From an uncultured Clostridia bacterium (GTDB lineage: Bacteria > Bacillota > Clostridia > TANB77 > CAG-508), in the NCBI GenBank assembly GCA_963931085.1, contig OZ006973.1, forward strand, positions 1,568,053 to 1,632,052: a DNA stretch of 64,000 bases, read 5' to 3'. Shown piece after piece: positions 10,369 through 20,947 of this stretch. Within the stretch, counting starts at the first letter, position 1. Each line of letters opens with the position of its first letter. The notes beneath the pieces are model-generated. The model searched no databases, had not been told where the DNA came from, and saw nothing but the letters and a program-made list of their open reading frames with translations. The translations under genes and the position numbers were made by a program.

Positions 10369-11875
10369 ATGAAATTAAATGATTTATTAAAAGGTCTAGA
10401 AGTATTAGAAACTGTTGGTGATCTAAATTTAGATATAACAAATATACATTCAGACTCAAGAAAAATTAAGGAAGGCGGTTTATTTGTAGCAATAAATGGA
10501 TATGCAAAAAATGGTATAGATTTTTTAGAATCTGCTATAGAAAATGGTGCTATTGCAGCTGTAGTAGAACCTGATACAGATATAAAAAGTTTAAATTTTA
10601 ATATCCCTATTGTAAAAGTAAAAAATACTAGAAAATCACTTGCACTTATAAGTTGTACTTTTTATGATAATCCATCTAGAAAGTTTAAACTTATAGGAAT
10701 TACAGGGACAAAAGGAAAGACTACTTCAACGTTTATGACTAAAGCTCTTTTAGAAGCTCATGGTTTAAAAGTTGGATTAATTGGTAGTATTGCTGTATAC
10801 ATCGGTGATAAGAAAATCGAAGATACAGATAGGACAACCCCAGAAAGTCCTGAAATTCAAAAACGTTTAGCTCAAATGGCTGATGAACATTGTGATGCAG
10901 TAATTTTAGAGGTGTCATCACAAGCAATGAAACTAGATAGAGTTACTGGTTCTGATTTTGATATTGGTTTATTTACAAACCTTACAGAAGATCATATAAG
11001 TAAAAATGAACATGCAAATATGGAAGAATATTTTGAATGTAAAGCATCACTTATAAGATCATGTAAACTTGGAATTATAAATATTGATGATAAAACAGTA
11101 TCTACTCTAAAAGATTCAATTAAAAATATTCCAATCAAAACATTTGGTATCAGAAATAAAGCTGATATATCTGCAGATTTAGATACTTTAAAAATTACAC
11201 CATCTTGTGTTGATTTTGTATTAAATATTGATGGCAAAAAAGAAAAAATGGAAGTTGGAATTCCTGGTGAATTCAGTGTATATAATTCACTAGGTGCTAT
11301 AAGTATTGCTCATGAATTTAATGTTACTCCTGATGAAATGAGAAAAGCTTTAAAAGATTTAAAAGTATTAGGAAGAAATGAATTAGTTCCTAATAAACTA
11401 GGGCTTACTATATTAATAGATTATGCTCATACTCCATCTAGTTTAGAGAGTATCTTAAAATCTGTAAAAACATATGCAAAAGGAAAAATCATTTGTGCTT
11501 GGGGTGTTGGTGGTGATAGAGACTCTGCTAAACGTCCTATAATGGGTGAAATATCTCGGAAGACTTGCAGATTATACAATTCTTATGTCTGATCAAGTTC
11601 GTACAGAAGATCCTCTTAAAATATTAAAAGATATTGAAGTTGGAGTAAAAAAATCAGGTGGAAAATATACTATTATTGTTGACAGAACAGAAGGTATTCG
11701 CCATGCAATATCTGTTGCTACTCCTGATGATATAATAGTAATACCAGGCCTTGGCCATGACTTATATCTAGAAAGAAATGGAGTTAAATATCCTTACGAT
11801 GAAAGAAAAGTAATCGCAAAACTTATAGATGAAATGATTGCAAGTGGTGAAAAAAAGCCTATAGATAATAAATAA
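10369..11875 (+). CDS. murE: UDP-N-acetylmuramoyl-L-alanyl-D-glutamate--2,6-diaminopimelate ligase. The frame is interrupted once at a CGG codon.
   Basis: The ORF pieces are 10363..11592 and 11546..11875. GGAGGG precedes the ATG at 10369. Skipping the C of CGG at 11557-11559 gives [37 protein letters not shown]. Confidence 0.8.
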
Positions 11876-11886
11876 TAAATAATAAA

Positions 11887-11918
11887 TATTAAAATATTAA
11901 AATATTAAAATATTAAAA
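11887..11918. repeat. 8-bp microsatellite (tattaaaa x4) just after the murE stop
   Basis: Direct reading shows tattaaaa tattaaaa tattaaaa tattaaaa. Confidence 0.8.
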
Positions 11919-11926
11919 TATAAAAA

Positions 11927-11975
11927 AATAAAAAGCATGAAATAAGTATATATTTATTCTATGCTTTTTATTTTT
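11927..11975. terminator. Putative bidirectional intrinsic terminator between convergent murE and sigE
   Basis: An imperfect AT-rich hairpin is closed by agcat/atgct (11934-11938 / 11961-11965). It has an A-run on one side and a T-run on the other. Confidence 0.45.
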
Positions 11976-12046
11976 GTTTTTTATTCTTTACTTTTATTTT
12001 TGTTCTTTTGTTTTTATTTTTTATTCTTTTATTATAATTAAATTAA

Positions 12047-12778
12047 TTATCCTGTTTTACTGGTAATATCTTTTCTCATTTTAAGCATTATTTTCTTTTC
12101 TAATCTTGAAATATAACTTTGAGAAATTCCAAGCATATCAGCAACTTCTTTTTGTGTCTTTTCTTTATGTCCAGACATTCCAAACCTTAAATTCATGATA
12201 TTTTTTTCTTTATCTGTTAACTTCTCCATTGCTGATTTTAATAATCTTTTATCTACTTCATCTTCTAAATTTTTATATACAATATCTTCATCTGTTCCTA
12301 GTAAATCTGATAGTAATAATTCATTACCATCTCCATCTTGATTTAATGGTTCATCAATGGAAATCTCTCCTTTTAATCTATTACTTCTTCTTAAAAACAT
12401 TAATATCTCATTCTCTATACACCTAGATGCATATGTAGCAAGCTTAATATTTTTCTTATTATTAAAAGTATTTATTGCCTTCATAAGGCCAATTGTTCCG
12501 ATAGAAATTAAATCTTCTAAGTCAACTCCTGTATTTTCGAACTTTTTAGCAATATATACTACTAATCTCAAATTATGTTCTACTAAAATCTTTCTTGCTT
12601 CTATATTATTATCATCTAATTTAGAAAGTAATTCTTCCTCTTCTTCATTACTAAGAGGTGGTGGTAATGTTTGACTTCCATTAATATAAAAAATAGGAAG
12701 ATCATCTAAATTATTTTTTCTTAAATATTTAATATAAATTAAATTTATATTATCTTTTAATTTTTTAAATACATCCAT
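12047..12778 (-). CDS. sigE: Sporulation sigma factor SigE (pro-sigma-E)
   Basis: 243 aa with a pro-sequence. Motifs are [21 protein letters not shown], region 2 ([10 protein letters not shown]) and region 4 ([13 protein letters not shown]). It lies immediately downstream of spoIIGA. Confidence 0.9.
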   Translation of the reverse strand: MDVFKKLKDNINLIYIKYLRKNNLDDLPIFYINGSQTLPPPLSNEEEEELLSKLDDNNIEARKILVEHNLRLVVYIAKKFENTGVDLEDLISIGTIGLMKAINTFNNKKNIKLATYASRCIENEILMFLRRSNRLKGEISIDEPLNQDGDGNELLLSDLLGTDEDIVYKNLEDEVDKRLLKSAMEKLTDKEKNIMNLRFGMSGHKEKTQKEVADMLGISQSYISRLEKKIMLKMRKDITSKTG

Positions 12779-12804
12779 ACTACTCCACTCCTTTATCTAA
12801 TATT

Positions 12805-13612
12805 TCAATTCCGAACTAATCCTTTATAAGAATCATTCTTGCTTAATTTACCATCATACAAACCAAGTATTGCATCATAAATAACATAATTGTTATTTAT
12901 GCTTAATCTAATGTATTCTGGTCTTATTCCAAATAGCACTTTATTTTTACTTCCAAGTGTTTCATATGGTATTAAATAAATTTTTCTTTTAGTCTTTGTG
13001 TCTGTAATTACATCTTTTAAGATATTTTTTTCTATTATCACCACAGGCAAACCGAAAAATTGGATCTTTTAAAAGATTTCCTGTATCTAATAATACTTTT
13101 GTATTATATAACTTTTTATCTATGCATATTTCTAAATTACATATCATGTTATCTTTTCTTATATTTCTTGATATTAATTTAAATGTATATTTAATAAGTA
13201 CTGCTGAAAATATAATCGATAATAAAATAATCCATGATGAATACTTTCCTACCATAAAACCAGTATTAAAAAAAGTATTTAATGATTTTGAAAACATAAG
13301 TGATATCGTAATTCCTGCATAAATAAAACTTACTATGTAAAACACAAAAATTTCTTTTGCAAATTCTTTTAAATCTTTTGTTTTATAAATTATCTTTATC
13401 ATTAGTATCGATGTTAAAATCTTTATTATCCATCTTATAATAGGAGTAAAGTTTATAAATATGTCTAAAACTGTTTCTAACACTCCAATAATAGATGAAA
13501 TAACAATTTTCATACTATTTGTTTTTTTCTTTAGAACTGATGTTGTTGTAAGAAGTAATATAAAGTCCATTATAAATTCTTTTATAATTATCAGATCTAA
13601 GTATAAAACCAT
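12805..13612 (-). CDS. spoIIGA: Sigma-E processing peptidase SpoIIGA. The frame is interrupted once at a CGG codon.
   Basis: The ORF pieces are 12989..13612 (membrane domain, LLDTGN aspartic-protease motif) and 12805..13050. Skipping the C of CGG at 13052-13054 gives DTGNLLKDPIFGLPVVIIEKNIL. Confidence 0.75.
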
Positions 13613-13901
13613 TAACTAACCTTCTTTTGTATATGATACATATATTGTAATTCATCGTATTTAAAAATACTGTCGATATGTATATATTAAATTTATTTTT
13701 ATATACAAGCTTTTTACTTTTTATTTTATTTATATATTTTTTTATTCTTTTTTATACTTTTTTTGATTTTTATTCCAAAAAATATTTCTAAATCCAAAAA
13801 AATAAGCAAGTATCAAAACTTGCTTATTTAATATAATAATATGTCTAATCTTTTGTAAGGTAATGTAGTAATGTAGTTTTATGTATTAATATTATTGCTA
13901 A

Positions 13902-15011
13902 CTATTTATTGTTTTTTCTTAAGAAAGTTGGAATATCAAGTTCTCCATTGTTTGATGAAGATCTATCTGCAACTCCACCTATTGTATTCATCTTTCTTTC
14001 CCAAGCTTTATTTACTATATCGTTTGCTTTTTGTTCTCTTTCATCATCACCTTCAAAACCAGTAGCAATTACTGTAATTCTGATTTCATCACCCATTGAA
14101 TCATCTGTAACAGAACCAAATATAATATTTGCTTCTGGATCTGCTGAGCGTTGAATTAATTCTGCTGCTGTGTTTGCTTCATGTAATCCAACATCTGATC
14201 CACCAGTAATATTAATAATAACTCCTCTTGCACCTTCTATTGATGTTTCTAGTAATGGACTTTGGATAGCTTGTTTTGCTGCATCTTCTGCTCTGTTTTC
14301 ACCAGAAGCAGTACCAATACCCATATGAGCCATTCCTCTATCAAGCATTATTGTTTTAACATCAGCAAAGTCTAGGTTAATAAGTCCTGGTACTGAGATT
14401 AAATCAGATATACCTTGAACACCTTGTCTTAAAACATCATCAGCCATTCTAAAAGCTTCTACTATTGATGTCTTTCTATCTATAACTTGTAATAATTTAT
14501 CATTAGGAATTACAACTAAAGTATCTACTTTACCTTTTAGATTTTCAATTCCTCTTTCAGCTTGCGCTAATCTTTTCTTTCCTTCAAAAGTAAATGGTTT
14601 AGTAACAACACCTATTGTTAATATTCCCATTTCTTTAGCAGTAGCAGCAACTATTGGTGCAGCACCTGTACCTGTTCCACCACCCATACCAGATGTAACA
14701 AATACCATATCTGCTCCTCTTAAAGCTTCAGCAACTTCAGCTTTACTTTCTTCTGCAGCTTGTGCACCTATATCTGGGTTTGCACCAGCTCCTAATCCTC
14801 TAGTTAATTTTTCTCCAATTTGAATTTTAGTTGAAGCTTTTGATAATTGAAGTGCTTGTCTATCTGTATTAACAGCTATGAATTCTACATTTTTAATTCC
14901 CGCATCAATCATTCTGTTTACAGCATTATTTCCAGCTCCTCCAACACCTATTACTTTTATTGTAGCTGTTCCATCCATCATGAATTTCTCTTCATCATTT
15001 TCCATAATCAT
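13902..15011 (-). CDS. ftsZ: Cell division protein FtsZ
   Basis: 369 aa. Motifs are [17 protein letters not shown] and [17 protein letters not shown] lies 8 nt upstream of the ATG. Confidence 0.97.
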   Translation of the reverse strand: MIMENDEEKFMMDGTATIKVIGVGGAGNNAVNRMIDAGIKNVEFIAVNTDRQALQLSKASTKIQIGEKLTRGLGAGANPDIGAQAAEESKAEVAEALRGADMVFVTSGMGGGTGTGAAPIVAATAKEMGILTIGVVTKPFTFEGKKRLAQAERGIENLKGKVDTLVVIPNDKLLQVIDRKTSIVEAFRMADDVLRQGVQGISDLISVPGLINLDFADVKTIMLDRGMAHMGIGTASGENRAEDAAKQAIQSPLLETSIEGARGVIINITGGSDVGLHEANTAAELIQRSADPEANIIFGSVTDDSMGDEIRITVIATGFEGDDEREQKANDIVNKAWERKMNTIGGVADRSSSNNGELDIPTFLRKNNK

Positions 15012-15078
15012 AAAGTAGATCCTCCCTTACATATTATATATTTCCTTAAAATTAAAAACTTAATTATTTATCTATTTA

Positions 15079-16311
15079 TTAAGAATAAAAGAAATCTCTA
15101 ATCTTATCTAAAATTGTTTTAAATAAAGATTGTTCATTTCTTGTATCTATACTACTTGATACACTGCTAGCAAATGGTCTTGAAGCTATATATCTAACTA
15201 TTGCATAACTTGTTCTATAAGTTGATTTTACTGTAGTAACTAATCTTCCTGCAGCGATTTTTACTGGAATATTTAAAATAATCTTTCCTGCCATATCGCT
15301 TTTATTAAGATTAACTATCCCCTCTCCAACAAGTACAACATTATTTATATTATTTTTTAAACCTTGAGCAATTATTTCTTTATTTACTAAAGAAAATATC
15401 TCTTCAACTCTGGCTTCTATTATTTCGATTAATTCTGAACTCTTTATTGTTTTATTCTTTGAATCTCCACCCATATATGTATTTAAAACAATATTATTAT
15501 CATTATCTATAAAAGATTTCAAAGCTAGTCCATATTGTCTTTTTAACTTTTCCGCTTCCTCTAGAGAAATATTTAGTACATATGCTATATCATTAGTAAC
15601 ATTATCTCCACCAAGAGGTAATGTATTTGTATAGATATAACTTGATCCATTAAAAATACCTATATCAGTATTTCCTGCACCAATATCTATTAACATAACA
15701 TTATCATTTAATTCATTTAAATCTAAAACTAAATTTCTCTCAGCTAAAGTATTTGGTACGATTCCATCTATATCAATTCCAGCTTTTCTACATATATTAG
15801 TGATCTTTTTAACATGCTCTTTTTCTGCAAGTATAATCTGTGCTAATAAAGTAAAACTAGAACTAAACTTTCCTATAGGATCATCTGTTACTTTACCATC
15901 ATCTAGTATAAACTTATCTGGAACTATATCGATTAGTATCTTATCTTCTGGAATTTCAATATCTCTTATTTGGTTCATTGCTGATACAACATCTTTTAAT
16001 GATATTCCAGCATATTTATCTTTTGCTTCTTTTACGATACTGTTTTGTACTATAGTTACATACTTTCCAGGAATATTAATGTAAGCTGAATTAATCTTAA
16101 AATCAGAAATATCTTCTGCTTCGGCAACTGTTTTTTCGATAGATTTTGTTATAGCTTCTTCATCTATAATCTTACCTTTATTAATTCCATGGCATTTATT
16201 ACTGGTGCTACAAATAATCTCAATTTGATTGAAGTTATTTACTTCGCCAACAACTGCACTAACTTTAGACGTTCCAATATCGATACCTACAATTATATCA
16301 CCTATTGCCAA
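15079..16311 (-). CDS. ftsA: Cell division protein FtsA (TTG start)
   Basis: 410 aa with the actin-like motif IVGIDIGTSKV. A TTG start is preceded by GGGGGA. It lies directly upstream of ftsZ. Confidence 0.9.
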   Translation of the reverse strand: MAIGDIIVGIDIGTSKVSAVVGEVNNFNQIEIICSTSNKCHGINKGKIIDEEAITKSIEKTVAEAEDISDFKINSAYINIPGKYVTIVQNSIVKEAKDKYAGISLKDVVSAMNQIRDIEIPEDKILIDIVPDKFILDDGKVTDDPIGKFSSSFTLLAQIILAEKEHVKKITNICRKAGIDIDGIVPNTLAERNLVLDLNELNDNVMLIDIGAGNTDIGIFNGSSYIYTNTLPLGGDNVTNDIAYVLNISLEEAEKLKRQYGLALKSFIDNDNNIVLNTYMGGDSKNKTIKSSELIEIIEARVEEIFSLVNKEIIAQGLKNNINNVVLVGEGIVNLNKSDMAGKIILNIPVKIAAGRLVTTVKSTYRTSYAIVRYIASRPFASSVSSSIDTRNEQSLFKTILDKIRDFFYS

Positions 16312-16590
16312 GTTTATTCCCCCATCTTCTTTATTTGCTTAAGAATATTATATTTTATTAAAAAAGTCAATAGAAATTGTCACTTTTTTGTAACCCTTTT
16401 GTAATGTTTTTGTAATTATTTTATTCGTAAATACTAGAATACTATATAACAATTTTTTTAAAAAATCAACAGCTCTAGACATAAAAATTATAAAAAATAA
16501 AACAGATTTTAAAGATTCTTTTTTTCTCTTTCATCTGTTTCATTTGTAAAAATATTAAATTTGCCTATATTTAAGGCATTTTTTTGATTT

Positions 16591-16974
16591 CTAGTCTTCT
16601 ATTAACTCTTTCTTCTTATTTCTTTTATTAGCTTTTTTTGACCATAGTTCAACATAATATCTTCTAATAATTGCTAAATTATTAAACATTCTACCAACAA
16701 ATACAATTACGGCAGCTAAATAAATATCTACATTTAGTCTTTCACCTAAATATGTAAGTAGCATTGCAAGAATCGCATTACCAAAGAATCCTGTTACAAA
16801 TATCTTAATATCAAAATTCTTTTTTAGTGATGAAGATATTCCTCCAAATACTGAATCTAATGCAGCAATAATCGCTATTGCTAAATATCCTGAATATGAA
16901 TATGAAATTGTTGGAAGATTAAGCCCCAAAATAACACCTAATACACAACTTATTATAATAGTTATATAAATCAT
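16591..16974 (-). CDS. sbp: Small basic protein (DUF1290, Sbp-like membrane protein)
   Basis: 127 aa with multiple TM segments and a basic tail. It sits in the conserved position upstream of ftsA, as in the Bacillus ylxW-ylxX-sbp-ftsA arrangement. Confidence 0.7.
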   Translation of the reverse strand: MIYITIIISCVLGVILGLNLPTISYSYSGYLAIAIIAALDSVFGGISSSLKKNFDIKIFVTGFFGNAILAMLLTYLGERLNVDIYLAAVIVFVGRMFNNLAIIRRYYVELWSKKANKRNKKKELIED

Positions 16975-16985
16975 TTTTCAACCTC

Positions 16986-17666
16986 CTATTTTCCGTAATT
17001 TATTTCCATTACACCATTATATTTTTCTATTCTTATATCATCTTTTACTTTATATGAAACTACTTTTCCTTCAGCCTCCATTGTATCTTTATATCCACCT
17101 TTTATATTTACAGCACTTTCTAAGTATGATGGATCTCCTATTGCTTTTATAGTATATGGTGATACAAGTCTTTGTCCATTGACAAATATAAATTTATTTT
17201 CAACATCAACTATATCAGTAATTGTTACATATCTCTCATCATTTATTGATATTGCTTCTGCTCCAACATATTTAAGTTCATATATTAATAAAAGTATGTC
17301 TTCTGCACTAACCGCAGCTTCACCATCTTCAACTGTAATTTCAATTCCTTTACCAGTAACTGCTGTATACCCTGCTGAAGTTTCAAGTTTTGAAAGTTCA
17401 CTCTTAAGTAATTCTAATGAACTGTTATCATTTTCTATATCTTTATTATATTCTTCTAACAATTTTTTATTTTCTTCAAGTGTTGCCTCAGCTTCTTCTG
17501 TTTTACTTCTCCAAGATGTAAGCTCTGCTCTTAGCTCGCTTTCTCTCATGTCACTAATTCCTGATCTTTCTACAACTCGAACTGTTTTAAACTGAACAAA
17601 CATAACACTAGTAAGTAAAATACAAATAATTGCAATTGTTATAAGCATAATTAATTTTGATTTCAT
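16986..17666 (-). CDS. DUF881-family division/sporulation-associated protein (YlxX-like)
   Basis: 226 aa with an N-terminal TM, a coiled coil and a conserved C-domain. It is a paralog of the adjacent ORF. Confidence 0.65.
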   Translation of the reverse strand: MKSKLIMLITIAIICILLTSVMFVQFKTVRVVERSGISDMRESELRAELTSWRSKTEEAEATLEENKKLLEEYNKDIENDNSSLELLKSELSKLETSAGYTAVTGKGIEITVEDGEAAVSAEDILLLIYELKYVGAEAISINDERYVTITDIVDVENKFIFVNGQRLVSPYTIKAIGDPSYLESAVNIKGGYKDTMEAEGKVVSYKVKDDIRIEKYNGVMEINYGK

Positions 17667-17677
17667 ATTACTTCCTC

Positions 17678-18400
17678 CTAGTCTGCTCTTTTTATATAAT
17701 CTGAATTATATACACCTGTATACTTAGGTACAGTTATATTACTTTCTTCTCTAACTTCTACGCTAACACCTTCATATTCCATCCATTCTAAATATCCACC
17801 AGGTCTTAGAAGTTGTCCATATAATTCATTTGGATTTCCTATAGCTTTTATTTCATATGGTGAACCTAGCTTTTCTCCATTTACTCTTATAATATTTCCA
17901 GAACACATAATTGAACTAACACTTACTATTCTTTCCCCATTTATAGAAACAGCTTCTGCACCAGCATTAAACAATTCGTTTACTATATTTTTTAAATCAC
18001 CATCATGAACCATATACATACTTAAATAATCTGTATCAAATCCTTCTGTATTTTCCGGTGTTCCATCTTTAACTGTTACTACTAATCCTTTTCCTTTTAC
18101 ATCTGTATATCCTAAAATAGCATTTAATTCACTTATTTGTTTTTCAATTTTAGATGCTTCAGTACTACTATCTGCTACAGTTGATCTTATATTTTCTAGT
18201 TCAGTTGTAACATCTTGAAGCTCTTGATAAGTTCTTTCATATTTTTCTTTTTCTTTAAGTACACTATCTTTTAATTTATTTTCTGTAGTAGATTGCATAG
18301 ATGTACTTGTATTCCAACTTTGTACTGTCTTCACTTGTACTGTGATACCTATTGAAATGATAAAACATAGCACACCTATAATTAAGTATTGCTTTTTCAA
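17678..18400 (-). CDS. DUF881-family protein (YlxW-like)
   Basis: 240 aa with the same architecture as 16986..17666. The shared pattern is VNGERIVS / GSPYEIKAIG versus VNGQRLVSPYTIKAIG. Confidence 0.65.
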   Translation of the reverse strand: MKKQYLIIGVLCFIISIGITVQVKTVQSWNTSTSMQSTTENKLKDSVLKEKEKYERTYQELQDVTTELENIRSTVADSSTEASKIEKQISELNAILGYTDVKGKGLVVTVKDGTPENTEGFDTDYLSMYMVHDGDLKNIVNELFNAGAEAVSINGERIVSVSSIMCSGNIIRVNGEKLGSPYEIKAIGNPNELYGQLLRPGGYLEWMEYEGVSVEVREESNITVPKYTGVYNSDYIKRAD

Positions 18401-18414
18401 ACTACTTACCTCCT

Positions 18415-19518
18415 TTACACATCTTCTCTAAAATAAATATAATCTTCATTTAAGTCTCCATTTATAAAAATTTGACCTTTTTCACCTTTTGTGTCTTTTA
18501 ATATTTCTATTAAATATAATACTCTTGTATTTAAATCAGAACAATCTCCAAAATAAACTATTTTATTTTGTTGTTCTTTATTTAGTTTTAATTTAATATC
18601 ATCTGAATCACCAATATCAAATCCATCAATATATGAATATAATTCATAATCTTTCATCATAGATATTATTTTTAATATATTTCCTAAAGAATTCAGATCA
18701 TCTTCACATAATCTTGAAGTGCTATCTTCTGCTCTTAAAGTTGTAAAATCAGTTTTAGCTGAAGTAATCACAGGAACGTCCAATTTATCTTTAGCATATT
18801 CTAATATATATCCTTGATTATCTACATATACATATGTACTATCATCTAATTTTATCTGAAGAGCAGGAGTTCTTTCTGTTACTTCTATTGTAATTTTGTT
18901 TGGAAAATTTCTTAAAATTTTAGCACTTTCTATGTATGGTTCAGCATTTAAGATTTTACTATTTGCATTTGATTTTCTAAATAAAAATATATTTTTATAC
19001 TTTTTAATTTCTGAAACACTTTCTATTCTATCACTTGAAACTTTATTATTACCTTTAACTTCTATTTCAGTTATATTAAATACTGGTGAAATAAATAGAA
19101 AAATAAGTATTCCAATAATAATAAATCCAAGTAATATAAATTTTAATATTTTTTGTCTTCTTATTTTCTTTTTTTCATTTTGAACTAATTGTTTATTTTT
19201 TATCTTTCCTGTGGCAATATTTTTACTTAATGTTTCTTTTTGCCTTAATATATCAGCTTCTTTATTTGATAATTTTTTAGTATTAGAACTTGATCTTTTA
19301 TTTTTTGAATTATTACCTTTCTGTTTATTAGTTGCATTATAAGTGTTATTCTTTTCTCTTTTACTTTTTTTATCATTTTGATTTTTTTTATGCTTTTTAT
19401 TATTTTCTGAATCAGATAACCCTAAAAAATAATCTTGATCAAAATTAAATCTATCGTCTACTACTTGTTTTTTATTTTTATTTTTTTTACTTTTATTTAT
19501 ATTACTTGCTTTTTTCAA
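18415..19518 (-). CDS. divIB: Cell division protein DivIB/FtsQ with a Lys/Asn-rich cytoplasmic tail
   Basis: 367 aa. It has a low-complexity K/N-rich N-terminus, a single TM (ILKFILLGFIIIGILIFLFI) and a POTRA-like segment (NITEIEVKGNNKVS). Confidence 0.75.
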   Translation of the reverse strand: MKKASNINKSKKNKNKKQVVDDRFNFDQDYFLGLSDSENNKKHKKNQNDKKSKREKNNTYNATNKQKGNNSKNKRSSSNTKKLSNKEADILRQKETLSKNIATGKIKNKQLVQNEKKKIRRQKILKFILLGFIIIGILIFLFISPVFNITEIEVKGNNKVSSDRIESVSEIKKYKNIFLFRKSNANSKILNAEPYIESAKILRNFPNKITIEVTERTPALQIKLDDSTYVYVDNQGYILEYAKDKLDVPVITSAKTDFTTLRAEDSTSRLCEDDLNSLGNILKIISMMKDYELYSYIDGFDIGDSDDIKLKLNKEQQNKIVYFGDCSDLNTRVLYLIEILKDTKGEKGQIFINGDLNEDYIYFREDV

Positions 19519-19527
19519 AGTCTAGTA

Positions 19528-20775
19528 TCACCTCTCTTTATATATACTAGCTCCTATTTTCGTAAGCTTTGTCTCTAGCTTCTCATATCCTCTTTCAATA
19601 AAACCTATATTTTCTATTTTAGTATAACCATTTGCAGTAAGTCCAGCAATAACTAAAGCAATACCTCCTCTTAAATCAGTTGCTCTAACTTCTGTGCCTG
19701 TAAGTCTTCTTACTCCCTTTACTATTGCAGTATTTCCTTCGATTTTTATTTTTGCTCCCATTCTATTTAATTCAGGAACACATTTAAATCTATTTTCAAA
19801 AATATTTTCAGTAATTACTGATGTCCCTTTAGCGTTACACAGCATTCCTAAAAATATTGACTGCATATCAGTAGGAAATCCTGGATATGGTAATGTTTTT
19901 ATATCAATTGCTCTTAATCTTTTTTTAGCTTCTATATATATATTATTTTTATCTTTTTCAATTTTACATCCCGCTTCTTCTAATTTATCTAAAACAGGAA
20001 TTATATGATTATAGTTTGTATTTTTAAGCTCTAAGTTTCCACTAGTAGCAGCACACATTGCTAAAAAAGTTCCAGTTTCAATTCTGTCAGGCATTATCGT
20101 ATATGAAACTTCTTTTAATCTCTTTACACCAACTACTTTTATGCAGTTAGTTCCTGCACCATAAACTTTTGCACCCATTCTATTTAAGAATTCTTGTAAA
20201 TCTACTATCTCTGGTTCCATTGCAGCATTAGTTATAGTAAGTTCAGCATCTGATAAAATTGACGCTAAAATTAAATTTTCTGTTGCTCCTACACTCGGAA
20301 ATTCAAGATGTACCTCTGCAGTCTTTATTTTATCACAATTACATACTATATATCCAGCATTTTCTTCAATATTTATTCCAATTTTTTTAAAATTTTCAAT
20401 ATGTAGGTCTATAGGCCTAGCTCCAATCTCGCATCCACCAGGATAAGAAAAGATTGCTCTCTTAAATCTTCCTATTATAGAACCTGCTAAAATTACTGAA
20501 GATCTAAGTTCTCTCATTAGATCATGTGGTACTGTATATTTATCCATATTTGATGAATCTATTATAACTTTATTTTTCTTTTTATCTACTTTGCATCCTA
20601 GAAGCTCAAGTATTTTTAATGTAGTTTTTACATCTTTTATATCAGGAAGATTATATATTGTCGCTTTTTTTCCATTTAATATAGTTGCAGCTAATATTGG
20701 AAGTGAAGCATTTTTAGAACCAGATATATTTACTATTCCTTCTAGTTTTTTCACACCTTTTAATTTATATTTCAT
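19528..20775 (-). CDS. murA: UDP-N-acetylglucosamine 1-carboxyvinyltransferase
   Basis: 415 aa. Motifs are GIVNISGSKNASLPILAATIL, PGGCEIGARPIDLH and FPTDMQ. Confidence 0.92.
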   Translation of the reverse strand: MKYKLKGVKKLEGIVNISGSKNASLPILAATILNGKKATIYNLPDIKDVKTTLKILELLGCKVDKKKNKVIIDSSNMDKYTVPHDLMRELRSSVILAGSIIGRFKRAIFSYPGGCEIGARPIDLHIENFKKIGINIEENAGYIVCNCDKIKTAEVHLEFPSVGATENLILASILSDAELTITNAAMEPEIVDLQEFLNRMGAKVYGAGTNCIKVVGVKRLKEVSYTIMPDRIETGTFLAMCAATSGNLELKNTNYNHIIPVLDKLEEAGCKIEKDKNNIYIEAKKRLRAIDIKTLPYPGFPTDMQSIFLGMLCNAKGTSVITENIFENRFKCVPELNRMGAKIKIEGNTAIVKGVRRLTGTEVRATDLRGGIALVIAGLTANGYTKIENIGFIERGYEKLETKLTKIGASIYKER

Positions 20776-20910
20776 AATTATACCTCCATTTTAAATATTA
20801 TAATTTTCAATAAATTAAAATTTAAAATATAATAATTAATACTTATTATTAAAAAATTATTATTTATTTTAAGTTGATATATATTATGAAAAATAAACAT
20901 AATGTGTGAA

Positions 20911-20947
20911 CTAATAAAAGTGAGCTTAAAATAAAATTTAAGCTCAC
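20911..20947 (-). terminator. Intrinsic terminator of topB
   Basis: A perfect 11-bp stem, gtgagcttaaa (20920-20930) / tttaagctcac (20937-20947), overlaps the stop codon. TTTTATT follows on the minus strand. Confidence 0.6.
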
